Assembly (NCBI RefSeq): GCF_006345805.1
Contig: NC_043000.1
Coordinates: 107,818,001-107,882,000, forward strand
DNA: 64,000 nt
Direction of reading: 5' to 3'
Source: Octopus sinensis
Lineage: Eukaryota
Each line of letters begins with the position of its first letter. Position 1 is the stretch's first letter. A program made the translations under genes and the position numbers. This document shows positions 1 through 12,924 of the stretch, piece after piece. The notes beneath the pieces were generated by a model. It worked only from the letters and a program-made list of their open reading frames with translations. It searched no databases and had not been told where the DNA came from.

Positions 1-529
1 TTGTTTCCATAATTTTTTTCAAGGGCAGCCGAACACTACCACACATCTTTACGAACCGCTTTATAAGCTCCACCACCAATACTACCACCACCCTACTACT
101 CGTAGTTCATCAGCTTCACACTGATGAAATTAATGCAGGTGGTATACCTAGCCTCAATACCTCATCATCTCTAGGTCAATGGCTGCGAAAGAAGAAGTAA
201 AAAAAGAGTAAAAGAGCAAAAACGTGGGCGACAAGGAGATCTGCAATCTGGACCGACTACTTGCTACTGAGAGAAAACGACGCTACTCACTTGCATAAAC
301 ATATGTTCAGAGCACACATGCGTATACATATACAGACATAAACACTTCAATACACACTCACACAGAAAAACACACACACGCACAAACGGACACATGGAGG
401 CATGTAAGCATATGTCCATACTTTGTCCTTTCTTAGCCGGCCATGACAAGACGATGCTAGGTTTCAAGTTGATGGATTCATAGCATATAATGTATGTCCT
501 AGACGAATAAGAAATATAGGCCTCTCGAG

Positions 530-784
530 ACACAACACACAGACACACACACACACACGCACGCTCGCGCGCACACACACACACGCACACACACACATAC
601 ACGCACACACACACACACACACACGGTTTCATAACTATTGCTTGTGTGACCAAAACACATTTCACGTACACATACGCACGCACACCCATCCAAGCAAGCA
701 AATACTCTTCACATACAGAAATTCATGTGTGTATATATATATATATATATATACACATATATATATACACATATATATACATAC

Positions 785-869
<85 letters not shown>

Positions 870-1007
870 TATATATGTATACATATATACATGTAAATAC
901 ATTCATCTATCCGTCCACCAGTTACCAATATAAATCTGAGTCCCTCATTCTCTCCCCCTCTTCTTCTATGTATATACACACATACATGTGTGTGTATATA
1001 TATGTGT

Positions 1008-1045
<38 letters not shown>

Positions 1046-1078
1046 TATATATAGTGATATATATATATAGTGATATAT

Positions 1079-1124
<46 letters not shown>

Positions 1125-1300
1125 TATGTAATATATATATATATAACTAGACACTATCTTACACACGTACAAACGCATACACTCATACTTACGCACTCAC
1201 ACATATGTTGCATCTTCCACTATCTACTCTTTATTTGCCGCGCTTTTTGTAATTCCTACCAATTTCATAATACTAAGTTTCATTCATTTATCCGCTGTCA

Positions 1301-1349
<49 letters not shown>

Positions 1350-1567
1350 CCTATCTATCTATCTTTTTTTTTTCTTTATTCTTTTTATTTTTTATTTTAT
1401 TTATTTATTTATTTTTTTTTCTTTGTTCTTTTCTTCCCTTTTACGATCCCTCTTGATCGAAAAGCTACGCCCCCCCTTTTTTTTTGTTTTCTTCATCCCC
1501 CAAAAGAAAAGCTCTACCTTGTAACTTGTCCCATCTGTGTGCAGCCCTGTGTGACCAATAAAGAAAC

Positions 1568-1651
<84 letters not shown>

Positions 1652-1666
1652 GTTCTATCTATTTAT

Positions 1667-1711
<45 letters not shown>

Positions 1712-1720
1712 CATCTATCC

Positions 1721-1797
<77 letters not shown>

Positions 1798-1815
1798 GCT
1801 TTCTATCTATCTATT
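530..1815. repeat. Microsatellite cluster: (CA)n, (TA)n, (CT)n, (TCTA)n
   Basis: Seen directly; (TCTA)n at ~1300-1360 and ~1568-1810. Confidence 0.97.
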
Positions 1816-1937
1816 TTACTAACGTACAATTAAGATACAGTTCAATCCAAAGAAGATCGATCGATAATTAGAAACAAACCAGGCCAGAGCTGTTAGATTT
1901 GCAGCCTTATTTATTATCATTGTCAAAATGTTAATTC

Positions 1938-1969
<32 letters not shown>

Positions 1970-2434
1970 ACTCTTACACACATGCACATACAACTTACGA
2001 TCACATAAATATACGTGGGTATAAATACACACATATTCGTACGCGTCCGCGTGTGTGTATGACTATGCGTGCTTATATATTTATATTCTATAACGTTATT
2101 TGTATGAAAATCCATGGAATTTCTTGGATGAGAATTCTGAGACGAGCAGCATTAACAGTAGTCTATATATTCATACACACACGCAAATACACACACACAC
2201 ACACGCACACACACACACACAAACACACACAAACGCATTCATACAGCCACCAACCCACACACACGCATACTCACACACATGTGTATACATACATTTATGT
2301 ACATATGCATGTATAAATATATGCGTATATATATGTATATATATATATTTACATATATGTATATATATACATATGTGTGTCCTATATGTATATATATATT
2401 TATATATGTATATATATATATACATATATATATA

Positions 2435-2469
<35 letters not shown>

Positions 2470-3476
2470 CTTATGTACGAGTGTGTTGTGGTGTATACAA
2501 AGTACATGTCAACATTTGAAAACTAAAGCAATACAAACATGGCCTGTGCCACTAAAATGTAGCAATCACCTATCTACCATTTCGTATGAGACCACGGTAT
2601 TATTTACATCATTAATTTCCACCCCAAAAGGCGGTTGAATTACAAACAACAAGTGTTTACTGGGATAAAGTAACCTTTCCTTATATCACGCTTGATCATA
2701 AATAATTCTGTGGCCACTCAATCAACAGGAAGATATTGGTTGACTGAACCAGTGGCTAATATTGTTCAGTATCACATTGACATTTGATGTTTCTCACTTT
2801 GAACAAACTCAGAACAAGAATACTGCTTAGTTATAATGTCGGTTGGTGGATGTCCGTCGTCTGATGATGAGGATTCGAATGTTGAGTGAAGTGAATTATC
2901 AGCTGAGACATTAATGTGCAGGTAGCTGAGTAATCCATTGACATGTGTACCCTGAACGGGATTCTCAGAGAGGGAGAGAGAGACAGAGAGAGACAGAGAG
3001 ACAGAGAGCGTTTTACTGTATGTAACGAAGCTGTACCGTTTGAATTACAAGTAAAATCCACCCAACCAGCTTCTTTATTTTACGTTAACCTGATGTTATA
3101 TTCAATGTCGTTTGCACAAGACGCCAGGTAGAGGGATCGCACCAGGGACCTTATGGTTGCAAAGCAAACTTCTTAACTATTCGGCCATATTGCTTTTAGA
3201 TGTAACATAAAGAAATGAAATGTTAAATGTAAATTATATATAAGACATCTATAAACATCCTAAAAGAATAAGAGAAAGAAGAGAAAGCAAATTTAGCGCT
3301 GGAAGTGGAGCATGCTGTAGTATCTTTTTCGGGGCATTGTGCGTGTGTCTCAGTGGAACTACAATTGCACATACGCCACTGTTTGCCTTCTCTACTTTTT
3401 CCACCGATGTTACAACGGAGAAATTAAGACATTTTTGGACTTACCAATACATCTTTGGTGAAGTTAGTTGATTCTA

Positions 3477-3873
3477 CTCTTTTACTCTTTTACTTGTGTC
3501 AGTCAGTTGACTGTGGCCATGCTTGAGCACCACCTTTAGTTGAGCAAATCGACCCCAAGACTTATTCTTAGTACTTATTCTAACGGTCTCTTTTGCCGAA
3601 CCGCTAAGTTACGGGGACGTAAACACGCCAGCATCGGTTGTCAAGCGATGTTGGGGGACAAACACATACAAACAAACGTACACACACACAAACACACACA
3701 CACGCACATACATATATATATACATACATATATATGATGGATTCTTTCAGTTTCCGTCTACCAAATCCATTCACAAGACTTTGGTCGGCCCGAGGCTATA
3801 GTAGTGCCACGCAGTGGGACTGAACCGAAACCATGCGGTTCTTTAGCAAGCTACGTAGCACACAGCCACTCCT
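3477..3873 (-). mobile_element. SINE family B (tRNA head, CORE-like body, internal microsatellite)
   Basis: Reverse complement of GGAGTGGCTGTGTG...CCTCGGGCCGACCAAAG...GGTAGACGGAAACTGAAAG...(TA/TG)n...GTCCCCCAACATCGCTTGACAACCGATG...CAAGTAAAAGAGTAAAAG. Confidence 0.9.
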
Positions 3874-4393
3874 ATTGATTCCTTCAAATAATTGGTATAA
3901 TTTACGTAGTTCTTTCAAATAGTGGCTCTATTTTGTAAGTCACTGAACAAGTATGTTTGCCCATCACTAGAAAACAAACTTGCGTTGTGCATTTATGTTT
4001 ACGTATAGATTTGGTGTCCTTCGTACTTTCTGCTTCTGATGTATATATTATAACCTATTCTCAATTTTCAATAGTTACTCTTTTTCAAGTGTTATTTACT
4101 TTTAATAAATTGTATATTTGATCAAACTGAGAAATGTGTTACTTCTCTCACCAGAAGATTTCGGCCTCTGGAAATTATACATTGAACTTTCTTTTTGAGA
4201 CAAATTGAATGCATACGTCTTGCATTATTAACATAAATTCATTTAGCTTAATGTCATTGTCTTGCTGAGAGATGATTTCAAGCCAGTTATGTTTGAATAT
4301 CTCCTTTTAGATTGATTTCCAGTTAACCGTGTTGAAATTCAGGCTAGACAATGTACAAGTGTTCTTCAGGCTACAATTTATTTTTATTAATTC

Positions 4394-4552
<159 letters not shown>

Positions 4553-4559
4553 ACAACAA

Positions 4560-5054
4560 GGTATGCTATAAGGAAGAAAGAAACGTTGAGAGATATGACA
4601 GGTTATCTGGTATCAACTTTTAATCTGTACACTTTCCATTTATTTCTTTATAGAATCACTTCTGGTCTACTCCGAATAACCTATTCTGGTGGTAACCCTT
4701 CATTCTTTGGTCGTATCTTTCCATCTTTCTTAAGTATCTTTCTTTGCTACGAGGGGTTGTTCCAGTTCCTCCACTACTACTTTCAGGTCCCTTCTTTCAA
4801 TATTAAACTTCCTTTTCAGGGCCCTGTATTTGTTTTCGCTTTTAAGCTCCCCTTTCTCTTTTCGGTCAAACACAAAGATTTCCTTCCAGAGCATGTCTAA
4901 CCCTGCCTGGATTCTTCTGTTCCACTATGTTTTTTCATTGTCACTCATATGAGGTAGCGATTATCAGGTTGCGCAATTACCAGGGTTTTTTATTGTGACA
5001 TCATCACTAGATGCATCATTAATCAGCTCAGGAGGAGGAGGAGTTTTCACCCGT

Positions 5055-5056
<2 letters not shown>
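4560..5056 (-). mobile_element. R4/Dong-clade non-LTR retrotransposon relic, N-terminal ORF region upstream of RT
   Basis: Minus-strand translation with stops and frameshift: W.RRIQAGLDMLWKEI...KYRALKRKFNIERRDLKVVVEELEQ...KRYDQRMKGYHQNRLFGVDQK*FYKEING. This matches the recalled R4/Dong pattern WKRRI...KYNI..KGL..VIEELKQR...RYE.RIKQYRQNRLF..NQK.FY. Flanked by (TAA)n and (TGA)n in the sense orientation. Confidence 0.75.
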
Positions 5057-5086
<30 letters not shown>

Positions 5087-5094
5087 TATTATTA

Positions 5095-5460
5095 TGTTTT
5101 TTCCTTCTTTCTTTAAATTTTCCGTTTCTCGCCGAGTGTTTTCCATACACATAGGAGAGAGAAGGGCATTGTATGCATTCCCAGATTACACGTGCAAATT
5201 CACAGATAATATATGTATTTAAAAATTAATAAATAAATAAATTCATGGATGGATGTTATTTTCACAGCGATAGTACATGAGCCGTTCCAGTTAATACGAT
5301 TTTTTGCACTTCCTGTAGGGATGGTAAGCCTGGAATCATGTTCAAATAGGTTTCAGTACCTTTTTTTTTATCATTCCTAGAGATCCTTCAATCACTGGTA
5401 CTGTAGTCGCCTTGAGATGCTAAATTTTTTCAATTTCTTTTAGCATTTCAATTTCTATTA
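5095..5460 (-). mobile_element. 5'-truncated R4/Dong-clade LINE 3' end (ORF C-terminus plus 3' UTR)
   Basis: Minus strand 5460-5272 reads IEIEMLKEIEKI*HLKATTVPVIEGSLGMIKK-GTETYLNMIPGLPSLQEVQKIVLTGTAHVL, the typical R4/Dong C-terminus after the RLE endonuclease. The UTR ends in (TAA)/(TGA) repeats. Confidence 0.85.
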
Positions 5461-5464
5461 GCAA

Positions 5465-5532
<68 letters not shown>

Positions 5533-5700
5533 CATCATTATTATTATTGTTGTTGATCTTGTTGGTGTTGTTGTTGTCGTCGTCGTCATCATCATCATCA
5601 TCATCATCATCATCACTGATATTACTGATATAATAATAATATTATTACTATTATTATTATTATTATTATATGTAGTAGTAGTAGTAGTAGTGGTAGTAGT
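5465..5700. repeat. Compound trinucleotide microsatellite: ATT, GTT, GTC, ATC, ATT, GTA
   Basis: Seen directly. Confidence 0.97.
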
Positions 5701-6269
5701 ATTTTGGCTTAGCGAAGTGAGTCATTCTTTAATATATTGATCCAATTTAGTTAATACTTCAAGTATCTTTCTGATGATCTCCTCACTCGTTTATTATTTC
5801 TTCTTTTTATCGTAATGTGATTTCTATGGTGGAAGATATATGTAGGTACATCTATATTAGTTGCTATATATGTAGCATTGGGTGTCACAAATCGAATTTG
5901 AGTGTCACTTGTCTAAGAGAATCACAGCGTTACAAAATTTTATTGTATGTCCGCTCTGACATCAATCTTTATACTTATAAAATGACAACGAACATGAAAT
6001 ACATCGGAATGTGTAGTTCTATATACTTGTTATGCTGAAGCTAGATGCGTTTCTCAAAGTGTCATGCACATTGCTCTAGGAAATTTTACGTTTATTACAA
6101 ACTTGTCAGACAATATATTATATTATAGCAATATCTATGTTATATTATATTATATTATATCATATTATATTATATTATATTATATCATATTATAGTATAT
6201 TATATTATATTATATCATATTATAGCAATATCCTTGTTATATTACACAGCCATATCCGTGTTATATTAC

Positions 6270-6640
6270 ACTGGGGACTTTTCGGTTCTGAGCTGGAATT
6301 CCACCGAGGTCATCCTCTGCGATAGAAAAGGTACCGATCCAATAGAGAGGAAGATAATATCGACTAAGCCCTTCTATCGCAAAGTTTGACCTTGTAGTTA
6401 AATTAGAAATCATATTACAGTGAGGTTTGGAAGTGACAATTGTGTGATATATCATTTGTTAAGGCCTTAAGATGGAGATTTGTCATAACTGGTAGCTCGC
6501 CGAACAAAATGTTTACCAGCATTTCGTCCGTCTTTGCGTTCTGAATTTAAATTCGGAACGTAAAGACGGACAAGGTCGATTTTGCCTTTCATACTCTCGG
6601 GGTCGATATACTAAGAACCAGTTGAGCACTGTGGCAGAGG
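6270..6640 (+). mobile_element. Two decayed SINE family A copies
   Basis: gcatttcgtccgtctttgcgttctgaatttaaattc...aggtcgattttgcctttcat...ggggtcgat. Confidence 0.7.
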
Positions 6641-6679
6641 AAATCCACTAGGCTCCGCCATCTAATATCAGACCCTAGT

Positions 6680-7000
6680 GGACGCACATGGCCTATTGGT
6701 CAGAGCAGCGGACTCGCGGTCAAGGGCTCGTGGGTTCGAATCTCAGACCGGACCGGGCGATGTGTGTGTTTATGAGCGAAACACCTAAGTTCCACTCAGC
6801 TCCGGCAGAAGGTAATGGCGAACTTCTGCTGACTCTTTCGCCACAACTTTCTCTCACTCTTTCCTCCTGCATCTTGAATGTCACCTGCGATGGACCGGCG
6901 TCCCGTCCAGGTGGGGAACCTAAACGCCAAGGATACCGAGAACCCTGCCCTTATGAGCCAGGCATGGCTCGAGAAGGAACAAACAAAACAAAAATATCAG
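6680..7000 (+). mobile_element. SINE family C (tRNA head, V-domain-like cccgtccagg block)
   Basis: gacgcacatggcctattggtcagagcagcggactcgcgg...ggttcgaatc (A and B boxes)...tctttcgccacaactttctctcactc...cccgtccaggtgggg. Confidence 0.85.
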
Positions 7001-7049
7001 ACCCTGTGCTCATAATAGAAACGATTAGTTGGGATGGACTGAGGCGGCG

Positions 7050-7235
7050 ATCTAGGTGGGAAAAAATGCTTGCCGACTCATTCCGTTCTGAGTTTAAATT
7101 CCTCCGACAATAATTTTGCCTTTTACTTTCCGGGGTTGATAAAATAAAATATCAGTCAAATTCTGGGATCGATATTATCGACTTGCTTCCTATCCGCAAA
7201 ATTGCTGGTGTTGTGCTAAAATTAGAAATAATTAT
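7050..7235 (+). mobile_element. SINE family A, decayed
   Basis: aaaatgctt...ttccgttctgagtttaaattcc...ttttgcctttt...ccggggttgataaaataa. Confidence 0.7.
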
Positions 7236-7997
7236 ACGTGATAGCCTTCTATCTTTGTCTGCATAATACTGTCTGTAGCAGCTGGTTCCATGGTTGCAAT
7301 TGTTTCTGTACTGATTTAAAAACAGATATGATTTATCTGTTGCTTTAATTCGATGAATAATCGTTAATTATTGTAAAATCCAGCAAGTACGCACTTCAGC
7401 AATTCTAGCAATTTCCAGTTTGTTGTTGGTTTTTCTCATTCTTCTAAACTGTTCGCTACTTATGGCGAAAAACCATAAACAATCTAATCCCTTTTGTACC
7501 TTAAAAGGGCTAAATAATTCACTGCCATATTTTCTCCTAATATGCTTCAGTCGTTACTCTTGATAGTGTACCATTTTATGTCACGTTTTTCATTGATATA
7601 ACTAAAATTTTTTGCCATTTATTTTATATACCTTATTTGCTTAAAGCCAAAATGTCTTTATTTTTGTACTATTGTTATACGTCTTTTGATTATGTTATTC
7701 TTTTTTTTTTCCATGACAGATTTCTCATTTTCCATTTCGCCAACGAAGGATAAATGTTAAAGAATTGTTTGTTTAATCGTACACATAATAGTTAGTTTTG
7801 AATGTCTTGTGGGGTTTTCAAACTCATTTGGAATCAAACGAAAATTCCTTCCACAAAACAATTACTCCTGAATAAATTCGATAATCTTTATCTCTTGACA
7901 TTTGAATTTTTTCGTGTGAAAAGAATAACTTAGGGCCTTGTCATAATTGTGTGTTTGCTGCTTTGTTTCATGTTCACTAATTTTCTTATCTTTTATC

Positions 7998-8180
7998 GGT
8001 TCCAGTCATGTGACTCCGGCCATGCCGGAGCACTGTCTTCAACGGATTAGTCGAACAAATCTTCTCCTGTACTTATTTCTTTTTAAGCCTGATACACAAT
8101 TATTCGTCTCTTTTCCTGAACCGCTACCTTATGGGGACGTAAACAAATCAACATCGGTTGTCAGAGAGTAGTGAGCACAC
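7998..8180 (-). mobile_element. SINE family B 3' half, decayed
   Basis: ggccatgccggagcactg...ggggacgtaaacaaatcaacatcggttgtca. Confidence 0.7.
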
Positions 8181-8480
8181 ACACACTCACACACATGCGC
8201 GCACAATCACACACACACAATGCATCCCGGCGTTGTCCGGGTGTTATGAACTACAGCCATATTGCATTATTTGTTCCTTTCTTATGGGCAGAATCAGGAC
8301 AGCTGGTATATACTGAACTGAATTACTGGCGTAATGGAAGTTATTTTTTGTTTAAAAGTGAAGGGGAGGGTACAATTTGCATGGGTTTGCATGAAAGTGC
8401 TTTCTGCTCTTAAGAAGGATCACAAACTATGTATTGTTTCATTGTATAAATGTGGGGTTAAAATGATTTTGCCCGGAAAT

Positions 8481-9061
8481 CACGTTTTCAAAATATTTTG
8501 TTTTACCCAATCCCCACCGAAATTTCTTAATTTTTAACTTTTTACGAATTTTTTTTTGCATCCATGTAGAAAAATACATAGATTAAGAATCTGGGGAATA
8601 TATTTTTTTAAAGTTTAATTTTTCTTAAAGAAACACTCAGTGCTCCTCCCCCCCATCTCACCTACCAACTTTCAAAAAGCTAAAAACACCCAATGTTTCA
8701 TTTCCATCTGATGTTTCACGCCTGCATAGAATTGTTCTGAAATAGCAGTCATGAAAAATAACAGACCACCACCAGAAAACCCGACATGCTAAAACCAACA
8801 GGTAAACGACATTATTTCTGAAGAAATTTCCTCGCTTTCCAAAAAGCTAAAAGTGAAACATTGGGAGTTTGTAGCTTTTTGAGACTGATGAGGTGATGGG
8901 TGAATGTTTAAGAAGGAGATTTTAGTGTTTCTTTAAGAAAAAAATTCTTAAAGACTCGTATTCTCTGTTTTTTTCCGTGGATTACCAAGAAAAAATTCGC
9001 AAGAAGTAAAAAATAAAAAAATTGAGATGGGAAGGGAGGAAATTAAAATATTCAGAACGTG
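8481..9061. repeat. Degenerate long inverted repeat, probable fold-back MITE
   Basis: Collinear complementary blocks: cacgttttcaaaatattt/aaaatattcagaacgtg, ttttcttaaagaaacact (8620)/agtgtttctttaagaaaa (8924), cccaatgtttca (8689)/tgaaacattggg (8854). Confidence 0.7.
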
Positions 9062-9307
9062 TTTTTTGGGTGAAATCCTAATCTCCTATATTGGAAACAT
9101 TGGAATCAGAAGAAATTTAGGAAACAATCAGGGCTGGGGGTGGGGCGCAAATGTCACCTCGGACATGCTAAAAAAAATAGGTGAAGGGCAGGATTTCTGG
9201 GGGAAATTCCTTTAAAATTTATATCGGAGATCTGGTGGTTTCAATTGGGTTCGTCTAGGTGATTTCAATTGGATTTGAGATATAATTTTGCGTACAGAAA
9301 TTTTACC

Positions 9308-9356
<49 letters not shown>

Positions 9357-9469
9357 CGCGTACCAAATGAAGTTATTTTATGGCATCCTTTCGTTTGAAG
9401 TTGTCAGCTCGATCTTATGGTCGATCATAAGGGATCATATGATTGTTCGTTAGTTTCTGTAAAATTAAA

Positions 9470-10590
9470 AAAAAGTTCTCTATGCTTTGAAGAGAGTAGA
9501 AATTGAAAAAGAGGGGAAAGTGAAAATGCGACATTTGCTTTGAAGTGAGAGCAGAAAGTGAAAGAGAGGAGAAAGTGAAAGATATATGTACGTGTATATG
9601 ACATGCACGTGTGTGTGTGCATGTGTGCGTTTTTTTGTGTGAGAGAGAGATTGAGTGAAGTTATGTGTTTTCAAGTGTGGATTTTTTGGCATGCACGTGT
9701 AAGTGACACTCATTCTCTCTCTCTCACATTATCTTTCCTATACACGTACATAAATACATATACATACATTTTTTGTATGCGTGCTTGCGTATGCATGTGA
9801 GAGAGAAAGTGAGTGACTGTATTTCCCCGTAACAAATAGAGAAATGGATGTCTCTTATGGTATACACTCATATAGAAAATGTGACGTCATCTACGTCGTG
9901 GTATAAAATGTCGTTTAGGATAGTTGAAGTATAGAAAGATTATAATGATAAATGTTTGTAATGCAAATAGGTAAATGAAAATAAAGTTTATTTGTTACCC
10001 GAAAGTTTAGTGAATCTTTTGATACCCCACACGTCAAAATCGGTAAGTCAGTTTTTGAATGTATTCGTTTAATTCCGAATGTTTTCTTTATACTTTGAAG
10101 GGAGCAAAAATTGAAAGAGAAGAGAAAGTGAAAGATATATGCACGTGATTATGAAATGGACTTGTGCACGCGCCCCCCCCCGCGCGCGCGTGTGTGTGGG
10201 TATGCTTGTGAGAGAGAGAGAGAAAGTGAGTGAGTGAAGGTGTGTATTGTCATGTATGTGTAAGTGGCACTCATTCGGTCTCTCTGTCTCACACACATCT
10301 TTCATATGCATATCCATAAATACATGTGCATACATGTTTTTTGTATATATGTGTGCGTGTGCATGTTAGAAAGAGAGAGAGAGTGAATGACTGTATTTCG
10401 TCATAACATATCGAGAAATAGATGTCTTTTAAGTTACACACTCATAATATAGAAAATCTGACGTCGTCGTCGTAATCGTTGTGTTATAAAATGTTTACGA
10501 TAGTTGACTTATAGAAAAGATTATAATGTAAAATTTTTGTAATGCAAATATGTAAATGAAAATAAAGTTTATTTAGTAGCCGTAAGATTA
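9470..10590. repeat. Diverged ~580-bp tandem duplication
   Basis: gagaaagtgaaagatatatg.acgtg and gactgtattt...atagaaaat.tgacgtc...gtaaatgaaaataaagtttattt each occur twice (~9570/10125 and ~9815-9995/10390-10575). Confidence 0.85.
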
Positions 10591-10639
10591 CGTCTGTCTC
10601 TTCCCTCTCCTGCCCTTCCCTGATGTCAGCCGCCGTCAT

Positions 10640-10890
10640 TATACCACATTTTCCTGAACCTAACACTTTTGTACCACACCCATTTTAAATAGCCCAGCTC
10701 CCATTGTCGGACAATCATAGATTTTTATTGAAATCTAATTCGCCTATAATTGAACTCGATTTTAGTTCAACATGTATACAAAGTTTGGTGAATATTGATT
10801 TCCTGGTTTTGGCAGCAACATGTTAACAGACAGAGGGACAGAGAGCCAGCCAGACAGATAAACAAAGAGAAATTGCCATTTATATATACG
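10640..10890. mobile_element. Helentron/HINE-like element relic
   Basis: tacaaagtttggtgaatattg...ttaacagacagagggacagagagccagccagacagataaac...gccatttatatatacgat has a similar architecture to 26485-26830. Confidence 0.3.
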
Positions 10891-11899
10891 ATATGCAACG
10901 GGCGTCCAAAGAGTTTCTGTCTATCAAATTCGCTGACAAAACAATGGTCGGCCTGAGGCCATAGATTTATTCAGTACATTTGGTCATGGTGTCACGCTGA
11001 GAAGCAACCTTTTTCCAACACAGTCATGGTCATTCTAAAGAGAAAAAATCTTTATGGTTTCGTTAGATCTTACCTTTAAACTAACTATAATTAATAAGTA
11101 TCCATATGAGATTATACAGTGTTTCGTGTTTAGTATGGGTCAACGGAATATTTCTTATTGAGGTTAGAACTTATTGGACCTCGATATTAAATTCCTGGTG
11201 TGGTTCCTAACCGTAAGGATTAACAGCACGATCAAGTTTGTTTTGTGATCGTAAAATTGATTTGGTTCCAACATTTGGATATGCCAACCACATGAGACCA
11301 AACCAGAACTATTCTAAACGAACACAGCAGGATGTATATCGTTTTGGAATATCGTATCATTTACTACCATAAGTTTGATTATTTTTTGGACTTAGATTCA
11401 GAAGTCATACACTCCTTGTACGATATATATGTATGTGTGTGTGTATGTGTGTATGTGAGTGTGTGTATTGTAATAAAATGATTTTGGTACAGAATAGTAT
11501 ATTGGTAATAACAATAAAGTTGGTTAGAGGAAATGAAGAAACTGTACCCTACTTTATGCAAAAGCACGGAATGTCTTCAAATTTTCCAAAGAAACGAAAT
11601 GAAACGGAATGGAATGATATAAAATAAAAGAAAATAATGTAAAATAAAATAGAATATTTACAGTATTACCTTTAAGAATGTTCGTCTTGCGCTAGAGAAA
11701 GACTGTGATGCTACTACATGAAAGGGACAATCATCTCCAGCACTAGACGTAAAAATGTAAGAACAGAAAGACTCTACTTCATTTTCTTTCATTCCTTTTC
11801 ATTTCCTTGGAAAATTTTAGGACTTTCTGTATCTGTATATAACTAATCTAAGAAGAAATTCTTAATTTATTTTGTTATGTTACCACGGGCAGATCTATG

Positions 11900-12450
11900 T
11901 GCCTTCGAGACGTACAGTGTTTTGCCTTGATCTTGTTATTGCTATGTAATCTGTATGCAGTTCCTCTTAGAGCTGTTTTCTTTATGCTGTTACATATTTA
12001 CAAATCATGGGATTTGGAATCTCTATCTCTCTCCATATTGTTTGATCACCTACAACATGTTGACGTTTCCTAGTTGTTTGCATTAACTTCCCTTCGATCA
12101 CTTCTAGATATCTGTGTGACTCTACTACGATAGAAGATTTTATGATATTTTATAATTTTCCGATTACATAAGATCCCCTCTGTCAATGTAATAGTTGTGT
12201 ATATAATCTTTCTATATAAAATTTTGTATGGTTTTTAAAATGCACTCATAATTCGTTTTATCCAATACATTTTAATACTCCTTCTTAACGTTTTATTTAT
12301 TGTATGTGAATTGTGCAGTCCAGTTCATTGATTACTGTGTATTTGTACATCTGTATTTCAGTCAATTATCTTATATCTATTGCTTTATCGAGTAATGACT
12401 TTAGCATACATAATTAATTTTCCTTACTTCAAGGTCGCCTTGAAACATTT
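11900..12450 (-). mobile_element. Very old R4/Dong-like LINE C-terminal relic
   Basis: Minus strand contains LEVIEGKLMQTTRKRQHVVG and IKKTALRGTAYRL, resembling the LEIE...IVG and IQKTALLGTAHIL motifs. Otherwise heavily decayed. Confidence 0.4.
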
Positions 12451-12607
12451 CTTTGTAATCTGAATCTTGTATCAAATTACGCCGCTAAATCCCTGGTACT
12501 GTTTGAAGTGGTGGGTCATCTAGTGTATTATCTTCAGAGATCAATCAGTGAACTAGACAGCTTAAAATTTGCATAGATTTTAGTAAACGTTCGGATAGCA
12601 TACTGAT

Positions 12608-12810
12608 TTCAAATTTTGATACAAGGCCAGCAATTTCGGGAGAGGGAGTTAGTCGATCGCATTGACTCCAGTACTCAACTGGTATTTACTTTATCGATCC
12701 CGAAAGATGAAAGGCAAAGAGGACCGCGGCGGAATTTACACTCAGAGTATAAAGATAGACGAAATGCCGCTAAGCAGTTTTGCCCGGCGCTGTAACGATT
12801 CTATTAGCTT
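12608..12810 (-). mobile_element. SINE family A
   Basis: caaggccagcaatttcggg...cagtactcaactggtatttactttatcgatcccgaaag...gctaagcagttttgcccggcg. Confidence 0.85.
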
Positions 12811-12924
12811 TAATGAGAAACAAAACAGTGATGGATTGCTTTTCATCCTTCAGGAACGATGAAATAAACAACCAGTTGAGTTGTGTACTCAACGATATGA
12901 TGAACAAACGCTTTTTCAAAATTA

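Noticed and set aside
6680-6760. tRNA-like sequences with A/B boxes (also 13300-13387, 22530, 38523, 62865)
   Set aside because: They are SINE heads continuing into SINE bodies, with no complete cloverleaf.
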